DNA from: Candidatus Latescibacterota bacterium | Lineage (GTDB): Bacteria > Latescibacterota > UBA2968 > UBA8231 | DNA: 64,000 bases | Assembly (NCBI GenBank): GCA_965200315.1 | Contig: OZ241362.1 | Coordinates: forward strand, 2,752,001 to 2,816,000 | Direction: 5' to 3' | In this document: in pieces, positions 1-10,547 of the stretch | Layout of the letters: every line of letters begins with the position of its first letter | Numbering within the stretch: the first letter of the stretch is position 1 | The notes under the pieces: model-generated | Seen by the model: the letters and a program-made list of their open reading frames with translations, nothing else | What the model was told of the DNA's origin: nothing | Database searches by the model: none | Translations under genes and position numbers: made by a program

Positions 1-1917
1 GGTGCCTTGCCTACCGGGACGACGGCGACGGACTTGGTGCTGACGGTTGTACAGATGCTCCGGGCGCATGGCGTGGTTGGCAAATTCGTCGAGTTTTACG
101 GCCCGGGCTTGCGCGAGCTGAGCTTGGCCGATCGGGCGACCCTCGCCAACATGGCCCCGGAATACGGGGCGACGATGGGCATTTTTCCGGTTGACGAGGA
201 GACGCTGGCGTATTTGGCACTCACCGGGCGCAAGAAGGCGGTGGTCGAGCGGGTCCGCGCGTACATGGAAGCGCAGGGCATGTTCTACCACGCCGAAACC
301 CCGGATCCCATCTTCAGCGAGCACTTGGTGTTAGACATGGCTACGGTCGAGCCGAGCTTGGCCGGCCCGACGCGACCGCAGGATCGGGTCGCGCTCAAGG
401 ACGTGCCGAGTGCCTTCGCCGATTCGCTAACGGACCGCTTTGAGGTGGAAGACGTTGGCAAAAAGGTCGCCGTCGATTTGGGCGAGCAGGGCGCGGTTGA
501 GTTGGACCACGGTGCCGTGCTCATCGCCGCTATCACTTCTTGCACGAATACTAGCAACCCGAGCGCGATGGTGGGAGCGGGGCTGTTGGCGCGCAACGCG
601 GCCGAGCGGGGCCTCTCAGTCCCGGCCTACGTCAAGACCAGCTTGGCACCGGGCAGCCGGGTCGTCTCCCGCTATCTCGACGCGGCCGGCCTCACCGAGA
701 GCCTAGAGGCCCTCGGCTTCCACACGGTCGGGTACGGTTGCACGACCTGCATCGGCAACTCGGGTCCTTTGCCCGAAGAAATCTCCGCGGCCGTGGCCGA
801 CAACGATTTGGTGGTATGCAGTGTGCTTAGCGGCAACCGCAACTTTGAGGGCCGGGTACACGCGGTGACGAAGGCCAATTTCCTCGCCTCGCCGCCGTTG
901 GTTGTGGCCTACGCGCTCGCGGGCCGGGCGACGATCGACTTTGAGCGCGAGCCGCTGGGTTGCGACCAAGCGGGCTGCGAGGTGTTTCTGCGCGACATCT
1001 GGCCTTCGCAAGACCAGATCCGCGACGCGATTGCCCGCTCGCTGACGCCGAAGATGTTCGAGGAAGAATACGGCAATGCGTTTCGTCAGAACGAGACTTG
1101 GAACGCCATTCCCGTGCCCGAGGGTAAGCGCTACGCTTGGGCCGCGGAGAGCACGTACATTCGCAAACCGCATTTCTTCGACGGCCTCACCAAACAGGTC
1201 CAGCCGATCCAGCCGATCCAAGGCGCACGCGTCTTGGCCAAGCTCGGCGACAGCGTGACGACCGACCACATCTCGCCGGCTGGCGCCATCGCCGCGGACA
1301 GCCCGGGGGGCGAGTACCTCGCCAGCCGCGGCGTCGATCGCAAGGATTGGAACAGCTATGGCTCTAGGCGCGGCAATCACGAGGTGATGATGCGGGGCAC
1401 GTTTGCCAATATCCGCATCCGCAACGAGCTGGTGCCCGGCGTCGAGGGGGGCTATACGCGCCACCTGCCTTCGGGCGAACAGATGACCATGTACGAGGCG
1501 GCGATGCGCTACATAGAAGAAGGCGTGTCTTCGATCGTCATCGCGGGCAAGGAATACGGATCGGGTTCGAGCCGCGACTGGGCGGCCAAAGGCCCCTTCC
1601 TGCAAGGCGTCAAGGCCGCAATCGCCGAGAGCTACGAACGCATCCACCGCTCGAACTTGATCGGGATGGGCATTTTGCCGCTGCAATTTTCTCCCGGCGA
1701 TGATCGCCACGCGCTGGGGCTGACCGGCGAGGAGCTATACGATATCGAGGGCCTCGACGACGACCTACAGCCGGGGCAGGTGTTGGAGGTGGTAGCCAAG
1801 AGTGCTGAGGGCGAGAAGCGCTTTGCGGTGCTATGCCGCATAGACACCCCCGTGGAGATCAACTACTACCGCAACGGGGGGATCCTACACTCAGTACTCA
1901 GGCGGATGGCCGAGTAG
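1..1917 (+). CDS. acnA: Aconitate hydratase A, 5'-truncated by window edge
   Basis: Motifs AAITSCTNTSNP, GYGCTTCIGNSG, SGNRNFEGR, TTDHISPAG, YGSGSSRDWAAKG; frame open from base 1. Confidence 0.97.
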   Translation, partial: GALPTGTTATDLVLTVVQMLRAHGVVGKFVEFYGPGLRELSLADRATLANMAPEYGATMGIFPVDEETLAYLALTGRKKAVVERVRAYMEAQGMFYHAETPDPIFSEHLVLDMATVEPSLAGPTRPQDRVALKDVPSAFADSLTDRFEVEDVGKKVAVDLGEQGAVELDHGAVLIAAITSCTNTSNPSAMVGAGLLARNAAERGLSVPAYVKTSLAPGSRVVSRYLDAAGLTESLEALGFHTVGYGCTTCIGNSGPLPEEISAAVADNDLVVCSVLSGNRNFEGRVHAVTKANFLASPPLVVAYALAGRATIDFEREPLGCDQAGCEVFLRDIWPSQDQIRDAIARSLTPKMFEEEYGNAFRQNETWNAIPVPEGKRYAWAAESTYIRKPHFFDGLTKQVQPIQPIQGARVLAKLGDSVTTDHISPAGAIAADSPGGEYLASRGVDRKDWNSYGSRRGNHEVMMRGTFANIRIRNELVPGVEGGYTRHLPSGEQMTMYEAAMRYIEEGVSSIVIAGKEYGSGSSRDWAAKGPFLQGVKAAIAESYERIHRSNLIGMGILPLQFSPGDDRHALGLTGEELYDIEGLDDDLQPGQVLEVVAKSAEGEKRFAVLCRIDTPVEINYYRNGGILHSVLRRMAE

Positions 1918-1934
1918 GCCGGCGAGGGGATGCG

Positions 1935-3176
1935 ATGAGTTCTTGTGTTGTTAAAGATGTCGTGCGCACTGTGCTGCACGTGCCGTTCCACGAGCGTTGC
2001 GCCGACACCATGGAAATCTACGGGCCGGGTTGGTCCATCGTCGAATTGGTCGAAGTGGAGACCGAGGGTGGCGTTGTCGGCATTGGCGAGACGATTCAGG
2101 GATATACGTGGGGCCACTCGCGTGAAGCGGAGTTTGCTCGCGTGCGCGGGCGGAACGTGTTCGAGGTGCTGTGGGACGATTCGCTGGGCGCTGGCTTGCA
2201 GATGGCGCTTTTCGACGCGGCCGGCAAGCACTTAGGCGTACCCTGCCACCGGCTGATGGGGCCGCAGCACCGCGACGCCTGCCCGGTTTCTTGGTGGGCG
2301 CAAAGTATGCCGCCCGCAGCATGGGCGGCCGAGGCTCGCGCGGCCGAGGCGCATGGCTTTACCACCATGAAGGTCAAGGCGCGGCCTTGGTACGATATTG
2401 CGGCACAGTTGCAGGCCGTGGATGAGGCCACTTCCCAGCACTTCAAGCTGGACGCCGACTTCAACACCATGTTGCTGGGGGTTGACCAAGCCGCCCCGCT
2501 CATCGCACGCTTAGAGCGAGACAACGCCTGTCTCGCCATCGTCGAGTCGCCGATTCCGCAGGACGATGTGGAGGGCAACAAGCTCCTGCGGCACAAGATC
2601 CAAAGTCCAATCGCCATGCATATCGGCCAGCCGCCGCCCATGACGGCGATCCGCGCGGGCGTGTGCGACGGGTTTGTCATCGGCGGCGGAGTACGCCGCG
2701 TCTTGAGCGACGGCAACTTGGCGGAGCGGGCGCAAATGCCGTTCTGGTTGCAGATGGTGGGCACTGGCCTGACGGCGACCTTTGCGGCGCACTTGGGGGC
2801 GGTGCTAAAGGAAGCGCGCTGGCCGGCGATTCCCTGCGTCAACATCTATTCGCACGTTTTGGTGCAGGAGTTTGCCGCGGAGGGAGGGCATCTGCGGGTG
2901 CCGGAGGCTCCGGGCTTGGGGGTCGAGTTGGACCGGGATACTGTGGAGCGCCTGCGCGTCGAGCCGGACTTTGCAAAAGCGCCGGTGCGCCAAATACACG
3001 CCGTGCGCTGGCCCGATGGCCGGGTTTTGTGGGCTGCCGACGGCAGCTACCGCGGCGATTTCACCGCTGGTAAGCGAACGGGCTTTTTGCCGGGGATGCA
3101 GCTAGAGGTGCGGCTCGACGATGGCAGCGAAGAATTTGATCGAGAACATCGGGAGCGGTTTCCGGGGCGAGCTTAG
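1935..3176 (+). CDS. Mandelate racemase/muconate lactonizing enzyme family protein
   Basis: VEVETEGGVVGIGE, ALFDAAGKHLGVP, KxK motif (MKVKAR), VPEAPGLGVELD; ATG 1935 after GAGGGG. Confidence 0.85.
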   Translation: MSSCVVKDVVRTVLHVPFHERCADTMEIYGPGWSIVELVEVETEGGVVGIGETIQGYTWGHSREAEFARVRGRNVFEVLWDDSLGAGLQMALFDAAGKHLGVPCHRLMGPQHRDACPVSWWAQSMPPAAWAAEARAAEAHGFTTMKVKARPWYDIAAQLQAVDEATSQHFKLDADFNTMLLGVDQAAPLIARLERDNACLAIVESPIPQDDVEGNKLLRHKIQSPIAMHIGQPPPMTAIRAGVCDGFVIGGGVRRVLSDGNLAERAQMPFWLQMVGTGLTATFAAHLGAVLKEARWPAIPCVNIYSHVLVQEFAAEGGHLRVPEAPGLGVELDRDTVERLRVEPDFAKAPVRQIHAVRWPDGRVLWAADGSYRGDFTAGKRTGFLPGMQLEVRLDDGSEEFDREHRERFPGRA

Positions 3177-3253
3177 GGTGCGCTAAGAAACGCTGAGACG
3201 ATTCGACGAATGGACTGCGCTTTGAAGTGCCATCACGTAGAGTTGGCTAGGAG

Positions 3254-3292
3254 AAAAAGCGGCCCGTGTCGGAAGACATGAGCCGCTTTTTT
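3254..3292. terminator. Bidirectional intrinsic terminator
   Basis: AAAAAGCGGCCCGTGTC-GGAA-GACATGAGCCGCTTTTTT between convergent genes. Confidence 0.75.
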
Positions 3293-3502
3293 GTGAGAGT
3301 ATCGCGGTGTTGTTTTAGGGGAGGACGAGATATACGCTTGCTTTTTTAGTATCCTCCTACCCGCTTGCCTTTGAGTGGCCGCTTCCTCCCGCAGAGCAAC
3401 AGGCCGGCAAAGGGGTATTACGGGTCGAGGTGGCGCGATGTGATCTCCATTAGAGCTAGGGACAGCCCGGCCAATGAGCGAATTCACTCCACTTCGATGA
3501 AC

Positions 3503-3868
3503 TCAACTCGTGTATTGACGCAACCATGTTTTGACTGAACGGCTCGTTTCGGGCGAGCGGCTCAGTGCGCCTGTTATATGAGACAGATCGTTTGGGGAAA
3601 GGATGCCTGCTTTCTTGATCTGCCGGAGCACCATGCGGTTGACCAATTTTGGCACGGGTGCAATGCGGGCGTCGTGGACAAAATGGACGCGGTTCGTAGA
3701 AGGCAAATACGCCGGTTCTACAGTGACTATGTCCTCACTCTCATCGTCTTAATAGAGCGGATGCAACACCGCCACTAATACCTCCCGCTCAAGAGAAGGC
3801 TCGGTCAGAATTAGGAACAGCCGAAAGGGCTGTGTGGTCATGCGAAGGATCGTTCCAGCCTCCAACAC
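3503..3868 (-). pseudogene. Putative toxin (PemK/MazF-like) interrupted by an in-frame TAA
   Basis: GTG overlaps the Panacea stop (TAGTG); frame MLEAGTILRMTTQPFRLFLILTEPSLEREVLVAVLHPLY*DDESEDIVTVEPAYLPSTNRVHF...; stop at 3749-3751. Confidence 0.55.
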
Positions 3869-4440
3869 TATGAAAGCCACTCGTCGAGTTGATTGCTCAC
3901 CTTCACGCGCACCCCAACCTCCTGTATATAAGCGTCCTCTTTTCCCAAGGCCATGAGAATGTCCCCTAGAGGCAGCGGACAGCTAGCCGGCCCCACAGGG
4001 TCGGCACTGGGATCTTGCCATTCGGGAAGATGATCGTGGGTATATTGGACCAATTCTCGCCAATGCCAACTGCCAAAATGTGCCACCACCTCTCGAGCGA
4101 TGCCGATCTCGTTTTCCGACATTGCCTCAATCGTCAGGGGCTCTTGTGCCAGTTCTATATGATAGGTTCCCTTTCGGCGGATATGGCTCTGCCAGACCGA
4201 CTCACGCTCCGGCCACGGCGGCTCTCGAATAAGGTCGTAGGTTCGGCTTAAAACGGGGCCATGAGCCATCGACACATAGGCATCGGTAGAAATCGGCCAC
4301 CCTTGCTCGTTCAGCGACGCACGGTCTGCCAAGTACATTAGCTTTATGAGCTTGATATACTCCATCGAACCGCCGGCCTCGCGCAACAACACAACGGCTA
4401 GTTCGGTGACCTTGCGGAGATTAAAGCGCAAATTTTCCAT
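3868..4440 (-). CDS. Panacea-domain (SocA/DUF4065) antitoxin
   Basis: KLIKLMYLADR...G.PIS.D.Y.SM.HGPV signature and LVQYTH..LPEW. Confidence 0.85.
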   Translation of the reverse strand: MENLRFNLRKVTELAVVLLREAGGSMEYIKLIKLMYLADRASLNEQGWPISTDAYVSMAHGPVLSRTYDLIREPPWPERESVWQSHIRRKGTYHIELAQEPLTIEAMSENEIGIAREVVAHFGSWHWRELVQYTHDHLPEWQDPSADPVGPASCPLPLGDILMALGKEDAYIQEVGVRVKVSNQLDEWLS

Positions 4441-4591
4441 GGGGCATCTTTGGGAAGAAGGTGTGTCTGGTTAAGTACCAATAAACGAAAACCGTGTCAA
4501 TTCTAAAAGACCTCATGCGGTCAGCCCATTGGGCCGATGCGGATCAGACCTAAGTAGGAACAACGCTGTTTCTCAGAGGTAACAACTCCCC

Positions 4592-5131
4592 TCACTTGAC
4601 CAAGGCGGCAATTTGCTTGAACTCCTCCGTCCCCGCTTCCTGAAGCAACTCAAATAGACACATTTCCACCGCGGTGATTTGTGCGCCAGCGGATGCCATT
4701 CTTTGCAGCCCTAGCGCCTTGTTCTCGACTGTGCGCGAGGAGACCGCGTCGGTCACAACTTCGACTTGGTAGCTCGAGTCCAGCAAATCGCGGGCCGTCT
4801 GATAGACGCAGATGTGGCTTTCGATGCCGGCCAAGAGGATCTGGCGGCGACCGCTCTGGCGCAGTTGGGTTTGGAAAGTGCTGAGACCACAGGCGCTAAA
4901 GCAGGTCTTGGCCAGTGGCTCTTGGCCGGATAGCAGGTCGGCGACTTCGGGAATGGTGGGACCAAGCCCTTTGGGATATTGCTCCAGCCATAGAATGGGC
5001 AACCTTAGGACCTGTGCGCCCTTGACGAGAACCTGTAACTGGCGGTAGAGTGCCTCGCGCTCGTGCATCAGCGAGGCCAGCTTGCCCTGAATGTCGATGA
5101 GGACAAGTGCGGTGTGGTCGCGGCTGAGCAT
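4592..5131 (-). CDS. Isochorismatase-family hydrolase
   Basis: ALVLIDIQGKL, EQYPKGLGPT, KTCFSAC, GIESHICVYQTA; ATG overlaps upstream TAA. Confidence 0.9.
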   Translation of the reverse strand: MLSRDHTALVLIDIQGKLASLMHEREALYRQLQVLVKGAQVLRLPILWLEQYPKGLGPTIPEVADLLSGQEPLAKTCFSACGLSTFQTQLRQSGRRQILLAGIESHICVYQTARDLLDSSYQVEVVTDAVSSRTVENKALGLQRMASAGAQITAVEMCLFELLQEAGTEEFKQIAALVK

Positions 5132-6276
5132 TAGATGTACCCGGTTGAGCCGTCGGGGCGTGTCGGGCTGGAGCGTTCCCAATGGATGTATTCGTTGTCG
5201 GCGATGGCTTCTTCGTTGACCTCGACGCCCAGCCCCGGCCGGTCCGGTCGCAGCTCCAAGTAGCCGTCTTTGGGCAAATAGGGTTCGTCAAGCCAGTCAT
5301 TCCACTCGGATTCGGTCGGCAGGAGGTATTCGAGGATTTTGAAGTTGGGTGCCGAGGCGCAGAAGTGCAGGTTGACCGCAGTCGCCAACGGCCCCATGGG
5401 GTTGTGCGGAGCAATGCTGATGTAGTGGGCTTCGGCAATGGCGTTGATCTTGCGCATTTCGAGCAGGCCGCCGCAGACGCAGATGTCGGGCTGGATGATG
5501 TCGGCACCTTGGTTGGCGATTAGATCGAGAAACTCAAAGCGGGCGTAGAGGCTCTCGCCGGTAGCCAACGGCACCTGCATCTGCGACTTGAGGCTGGTCC
5601 ACGCCGGAACGTGCTCAGGGCGCAGCGGCTCTTCGTAGAAGAAGGGGTCGTACGGCGCGAGGGCATTGGCTAGCTGCAAGGCACGAATCGGCTCGAATAT
5701 CTTGGCGTGCGGGTCGAAGGCAAATTCCCAGGCGTCCGGGCAGCTAACGCGCAATTCTTCAAAATACTTGGTCGCCTCGGAGCAGACGCGGCCCCAGCGA
5801 TGGGCGTCTGGGTCGAGCCGATAGGGGCTGGTTTTGAATGCCGTGAAGCCATACTCCTCATTCAGACGCCGGGCTTGGTCGGCGGCCTCTTGGCCGTCGC
5901 GGCCGCCGATGGAGCGATAGACGCGCACCCGGTCGCGAGCGTGGCCGCCCAAGAGCTGATAGACCGGGACGCCCGCAGCTTTGCCGGAGATGTCCCACAG
6001 CGCGTGGTCGATGCCAGAGATAGCCGACAGGCCGATGCCGCCTGGTGGGAAGCGGAACTGCTGGTGCAGCTTCATCATGATGAATTCGATCCGCCGCGGG
6101 TCGATGCCCTTGATCAGCTCAAAGCAATAATCGACGGTGGGGCCGACGGCTAGGTCAGGGCCGATGGAGTAGGTCTCGCCCCAGCCGGTGATGCCCTCGT
6201 CGGTCTCGACTTTGACCAAGACGCGCGGGCGGTTGCCGAAGCGGGCGATGATGGGGGTGATGGCAGTGATTTTCAC
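5131..6276 (-). CDS. Mandelate racemase family acid-sugar dehydratase (DgoD-like)
   Basis: VKVETDEGITGWGE, IDHALWDISGK, EEP, ATGE, QPDICVCGG, APHNP; GTG start. Confidence 0.9.
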   Translation of the reverse strand: MKITAITPIIARFGNRPRVLVKVETDEGITGWGETYSIGPDLAVGPTVDYCFELIKGIDPRRIEFIMMKLHQQFRFPPGGIGLSAISGIDHALWDISGKAAGVPVYQLLGGHARDRVRVYRSIGGRDGQEAADQARRLNEEYGFTAFKTSPYRLDPDAHRWGRVCSEATKYFEELRVSCPDAWEFAFDPHAKIFEPIRALQLANALAPYDPFFYEEPLRPEHVPAWTSLKSQMQVPLATGESLYARFEFLDLIANQGADIIQPDICVCGGLLEMRKINAIAEAHYISIAPHNPMGPLATAVNLHFCASAPNFKILEYLLPTESEWNDWLDEPYLPKDGYLELRPDRPGLGVEVNEEAIADNEYIHWERSSPTRPDGSTGYI

Positions 6277-6287
6277 AGTAGGTCTCG

Positions 6288-7661
6288 CTATTGGAAGAAG
6301 AGGGGGTAAGAGGCGTTTTCGGCTTCGCGTTTGATCAGGCTCATCAGTTCCATTGTGTGGTAGTCGCCCCACATGGCCGCCTCGCCGCAGGGAATTTTGC
6401 GGCCTTGAGGCACGTAGTCCCAGCCATTGGGACGATGGTAGATCGCGTGGAGGGTGATGCCTTGGTGTTGGGGATCAACGGCGAGATACGGTTCCTCTAA
6501 GAGGGCGCGGGCAATGGTGAAGGCCGCAGCGCGATAGCGCGTCCCCCTTGCTGCGTCCCCCTTGGACAAATAGTAGTTGCCCAAGCGCAAATAGCCTTGG
6601 CCGCAGATAGCCGCAGCCGAACTGTCGAGCGGCTCGACGTCGTTGTACGGGTCGGAGAGCTGGTCGGTTATCGCGCCAAAGGAGGCGACCCCAGGTGCGC
6701 CCGTGTCCCAGAACGGTACGCCGTCGGCAAAGCTGTTGGCGATGTGGAATTCAGCGGTGGCTAGGGCGGCTTTTTCCATGGTTTGCACGAGGTCGGCCTT
6801 GGTGCCAAAAGGCTCGACGTCGGCCTCGCTGAGTGTGGCGAAATACTCTAGCTGCTCGGCGTAGCCCGTAAGCACCCACGACAGACCGCGAGTCCAAGTC
6901 GAAAACGGAGTGTAGCCCTGCTGGGTGCTGGGGCAGCGGTACTGGCCGTCGCGGGTGTTGAAGATGGATTCGTGGACTACGCGGCCGGGTGTGTCAAACG
7001 CATCGCGGCCCTCGCCGTAGTACACGTTGAAACGGGCGTTGGTCTGGGCGTGTTCGATTAAGCGGCCGAGCAGACTGATGCGCTTGTCGCCCTCGCCCAT
7101 CAGCGCGTGGCCTAGCTGGTGCGCGGTCCCCAAGATGCGCAGCGAGCGCATGGTGTCGGAAAAGAGCGAATGCGGGCCGTTGAAGGAGTGGATGAAGCCC
7201 GTGCCGTACGCGGTCTCGGTCCAGCGCGCGGCTTGCACGGCACCCGACAGCTTGATGGCCAATTCGTAGAAGTCCAGCTCGCGCTGATCGTGCGGAATGC
7301 GGCCTTCGAGCATCAGGCGGCGCAAATTGCCATAGGTGGAGAGGTTGTTGAAGCCGTGGTCGTGGACGCCGACGTGCGAGACGTGCGGCGCCATCTGCGC
7401 GATGGTACGGTCGCGGCCGAGCGCGAGGAAGCGCACGTCATCGGTCATGTCGTACTGCAGGATGGCGCAGCCGTATTGGAAGCCCTGAGTCCACTCGGTC
7501 CAGCCTCGGGTGGTGTAGCGCCCCTGCTGGGTGAAAACCGGGGTGCCGCGAGCCGGGTCCCAGGTGCTGTCGAGATCGAGGATTTTGGCACCGGTAAGAG
7601 TTAAAAAACGCTGGATTGCTGGAAGGAGTTGTTGGGCGTTCAGGTCTTGGTCTGGTTTCAC
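6288..7661 (-). CDS. Glycoside hydrolase family 88-like (unsaturated glucuronyl hydrolase)
   Basis: WTEWTQGF, HDHGF, STWTRGLSW, DSSAAAI, WGDY motifs. Confidence 0.75.
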   Translation of the reverse strand: MKPDQDLNAQQLLPAIQRFLTLTGAKILDLDSTWDPARGTPVFTQQGRYTTRGWTEWTQGFQYGCAILQYDMTDDVRFLALGRDRTIAQMAPHVSHVGVHDHGFNNLSTYGNLRRLMLEGRIPHDQRELDFYELAIKLSGAVQAARWTETAYGTGFIHSFNGPHSLFSDTMRSLRILGTAHQLGHALMGEGDKRISLLGRLIEHAQTNARFNVYYGEGRDAFDTPGRVVHESIFNTRDGQYRCPSTQQGYTPFSTWTRGLSWVLTGYAEQLEYFATLSEADVEPFGTKADLVQTMEKAALATAEFHIANSFADGVPFWDTGAPGVASFGAITDQLSDPYNDVEPLDSSAAAICGQGYLRLGNYYLSKGDAARGTRYRAAAFTIARALLEEPYLAVDPQHQGITLHAIYHRPNGWDYVPQGRKIPCGEAAMWGDYHTMELMSLIKREAENASYPLFFQ

Positions 7662-7789
7662 GAGATGTTTCCTTTGGCTTGGGCAGCGAGAAGATAGGAG
7701 GGGCGTGGGGGTGGGTCAATGCGGGTTGGTGGGCGTTGGTCGCTTGCTTATTTTCCTTCGCCGCACAGACGAGACCAAGGAGAAGTCCC

Positions 7790-10339
7790 GTGAGCATACC
7801 CGACGAAGGCATTGTCTTAAAAGTAAAAGAGACCGAGGGCATTACCCGCCGAAAGTACCCCCTGACCAGGGGCGTCCCCCTGCCCCAAGGCACCGTGGCA
7901 GACGTGGAAAACTTGTCTTTACAAGACGCACAGGGCCGAGATGTCCCAGTGCAACTACGGGCCTTGGGCCGCTGGCCGGACGAGAGCGCGAAGTGGGTCT
8001 TGGTGGATTTTCAGGCCGATGTGGAAGCGGGACAAGAGGCCGTGTACACCTTGAAATACGCGGACCAAAAAGTTGCGGCGAACGTCCAAGGCGTAGAAAT
8101 CGCCGAGCGGGAAGATCGCTTTGAGGTGTGTACCGGGCCGCTACGCTTTGGCATAGGAAAAAAGTCTTTCGCGCTTTTTGACGGGGTGGAGCTGGGGCAG
8201 CTAGAGGAAGGGTCGTTTGTCTCCGAGGTAGAAGTTGCACCTCGGGGCGGCGGCGACGCTTGGGCCAAAATTTCCGAGTCCGAGTTCGCCGGAGGAACGC
8301 AGCGGCGCATCTACGGGCTGGGGGGCACGTGTCTGGCCTCAGAGGGCGTGGAGGAATACGCCGTCGAGATCGAAGAGGCCGGTCCCTTGCGGGCGGTGAT
8401 TTGCTGCCAAGGGGCCTACGAGTCCACCGCACCCATGCACCACTACGCTGGCTATGGCCCCCTGCGCTTTGCGACCCGGATCTACGCCTATGCCGGCAAG
8501 GCGCAGGTGCGAGTGGTCCACACGGTGATCGTCACCTGCAACCCGCGCGAGACCGAGGTGGAGGAATTGGGCTTGCGCGTCCCAATCTTGCCCGAAGGCA
8601 GCGGAACTTGGCGCGTCGGGGCCGGGCGGGTCATGGCCGGGCCTTGGGTGGCCGAGCGCTACGCATTGCTCTCCCAGCGGCTGGACAATCACTTCTATTG
8701 GGAAGAGTACGAGGGCGTTGAGCGCGCCGTGCGGGCCGAGGGCGAGCGAGCCGCTGGCTGGATTTGTGCTGAGAACGGCCGCGTCGGCGTCGGCGTTGCG
8801 CTGCGCTACATGGCCGAGGAATACCCCAAGGCCCTCGGCCTAGGGGCGCAAGGCATTGATGTCTTTTTTTGGCGCGACCCAGAAGGCCGGCGGCTCAGTT
8901 GCAAACGCTACGCCGAGGAGGTGGCTTGGCACGAGGGCGAAGGAGTCTATGCCGACGGCACGGGCACCGCGAAGAGCAGCGAGTTTTTCGTCGACTTTTT
9001 TCGCGCCGGCTCGGCCGCCGCCGAGCGGTTGCAGGGCCTTTTGCACCCGCCCCAAGTGAGCGTCGCGCCGGATTGGGTGGTGCAGAGCGGGGCGGCTGGC
9101 GGCTTGGCAACCGGCGCTGGCTTTCCGCGCTCCGACCGCATGTTGACGGGCTTTGTCGCTTGGATGGAAGGGCACATCGAGCGCTATCGCTGGAAGGGGT
9201 TTTTCGATTGGGGCGACGTGATGGCCACTTGGGAAGAGAGCGCAGGAGGCTGGCGCTTCAAGGGCCGCTGGGGTTGGTGCAACAGCGAATGGGATCCGCG
9301 CCACGCCGTGTGGTTGCAGTATTTGCGCACGGGCGCGGGGAGCTACTACGCGCTCGGCGAAGCCATGACCCGGCACTCGCTGGACGTAGACACCTGCCAC
9401 TATCACCCGTTTCGGCCCTATATGGTCGGCGGCTGTTTCCGCCACAGCATGGACCACTTTGGCGACGAGCCGTGCGCTTCGCACACCTTCATCGACAACT
9501 GGGTGGATTACTACTATGTAAGCGGCGACGAGCGGGCGCGGGAGGTCTTGCGCGAGGCCGGGGAATTTTTCCTGCGCTACCGCTGGAGCGAGAACCCGCG
9601 CTATAGCTTCAGCTTGCGCTCCATCGCCAACGTGCTGCGGGGCTTGCTCTACCTGTACGAGCTGACCGGCGAAGCGCGCTTTATGCGCCGCGCCGACGAG
9701 GTGTACGACTCGGTAGCGCACGGCCAAAACGAAGACGGCAGTTGGCACAAGCGCTTCCAAGTATCCACGGAGGGCAAGCTGCCCGACCAAGGGCCGTATG
9801 GCATGGCCACGGAGGGCACGACCCTCGCGGTGGAAATGGGCACGGCGGGCCCGTTTAGCGACGAAGAATTTCTCGCGCTGCGGGGGAGCTTTACTGCATT
9901 AAAGCGGGTGTTGCCTTACGAGGAGCAAAAGGGCTATCAGACTCACTATTTGATGGTCGGGCTGGAGCGGCTACACAGGATGACCGAGCGTGCGGATGTA
10001 GCCGAGGTTTTCGTGCGGGCCGTCGATTGGTTTTGCGGCGGCCGAGGCGTCTTTGACGCCGAGTTTGCCCGCGCCCAAAGCTACCACGGCGTACTCTGCG
10101 GCTCGCTGGCGTACGCTTGGCGGCTGACCGGGGAGCGAGGCTATCTGGAGGTGGGGCGTACGGTACTGGCCGAGTTGATCGCGCAGCAGGACTGGAGCGA
10201 CCGCCCGGATTACCGGGGTGCGGTGGCTATGCACCCGACTGCGTTGAGCTTGGTGTTCTTTGGCGTGCCGTCGCTACTGGGGGCGCTCGCAGAAGCAGGC
10301 TTGGAGGAATATAGCAATCCTGCATCACCTCATAGATGA
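7790..10339 (+). CDS. Large protein, exo-rhamnogalacturonan lyase (PcRGLX/YetA)-like
   Basis: PLTRGVPLPQG...L.RWPD.S.KW N-terminus, GFFDWGD, WCNSE, H..DVD; GTG after AAGGAG. Confidence 0.55.
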   Translation: MSIPDEGIVLKVKETEGITRRKYPLTRGVPLPQGTVADVENLSLQDAQGRDVPVQLRALGRWPDESAKWVLVDFQADVEAGQEAVYTLKYADQKVAANVQGVEIAEREDRFEVCTGPLRFGIGKKSFALFDGVELGQLEEGSFVSEVEVAPRGGGDAWAKISESEFAGGTQRRIYGLGGTCLASEGVEEYAVEIEEAGPLRAVICCQGAYESTAPMHHYAGYGPLRFATRIYAYAGKAQVRVVHTVIVTCNPRETEVEELGLRVPILPEGSGTWRVGAGRVMAGPWVAERYALLSQRLDNHFYWEEYEGVERAVRAEGERAAGWICAENGRVGVGVALRYMAEEYPKALGLGAQGIDVFFWRDPEGRRLSCKRYAEEVAWHEGEGVYADGTGTAKSSEFFVDFFRAGSAAAERLQGLLHPPQVSVAPDWVVQSGAAGGLATGAGFPRSDRMLTGFVAWMEGHIERYRWKGFFDWGDVMATWEESAGGWRFKGRWGWCNSEWDPRHAVWLQYLRTGAGSYYALGEAMTRHSLDVDTCHYHPFRPYMVGGCFRHSMDHFGDEPCASHTFIDNWVDYYYVSGDERAREVLREAGEFFLRYRWSENPRYSFSLRSIANVLRGLLYLYELTGEARFMRRADEVYDSVAHGQNEDGSWHKRFQVSTEGKLPDQGPYGMATEGTTLAVEMGTAGPFSDEEFLALRGSFTALKRVLPYEEQKGYQTHYLMVGLERLHRMTERADVAEVFVRAVDWFCGGRGVFDAEFARAQSYHGVLCGSLAYAWRLTGERGYLEVGRTVLAELIAQQDWSDRPDYRGAVAMHPTALSLVFFGVPSLLGALAEAGLEEYSNPASPHR

Positions 10340-10402
10340 TCCGCAGAAAGACGCCGAATGGTAGGAGCGAGACGATCCGCCCAAGTCTTTCAGGGGCGCT
10401 AA

Positions 10403-10547
10403 GAAGCCGTCTGAAAACTAGGGGTTCGGCCTCGCCCGCGGCGCAAAGCACTTGGGATCGAGGGCGTCTCGCCCTCGAAAAACGCAGGTTGCCAAGACCG
10501 CTCAACAGCCTCGTCAACCAATCCAACGGGAATTTTCAGACCGCTTC
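10403..10547. mobile_element. MITE with 15-bp terminal inverted repeats, TAA target duplication and internal palindrome
   Basis: GAAGCCGTCTGAAAA ... TTTTCAGACCGCTTC flanked by TAA on both sides; homologous copy at 50095-50238. Confidence 0.75.

Noticed and set aside
703-1710. Long antisense ORFs (also 8840-9790, 36112-37815, 59447-60547)
   Set aside because: Shadows of well-supported genes, expected at high GC
10360-10382. GTAGGAGCGAGACG, possible additional REP
   Set aside because: No convincing palindrome; too degenerate
10406-10415. GCCGTCTGAA, identical to the Neisseria DNA uptake sequence
   Set aside because: Only one exact occurrence noticed, explained as part of the MITE terminal repeat
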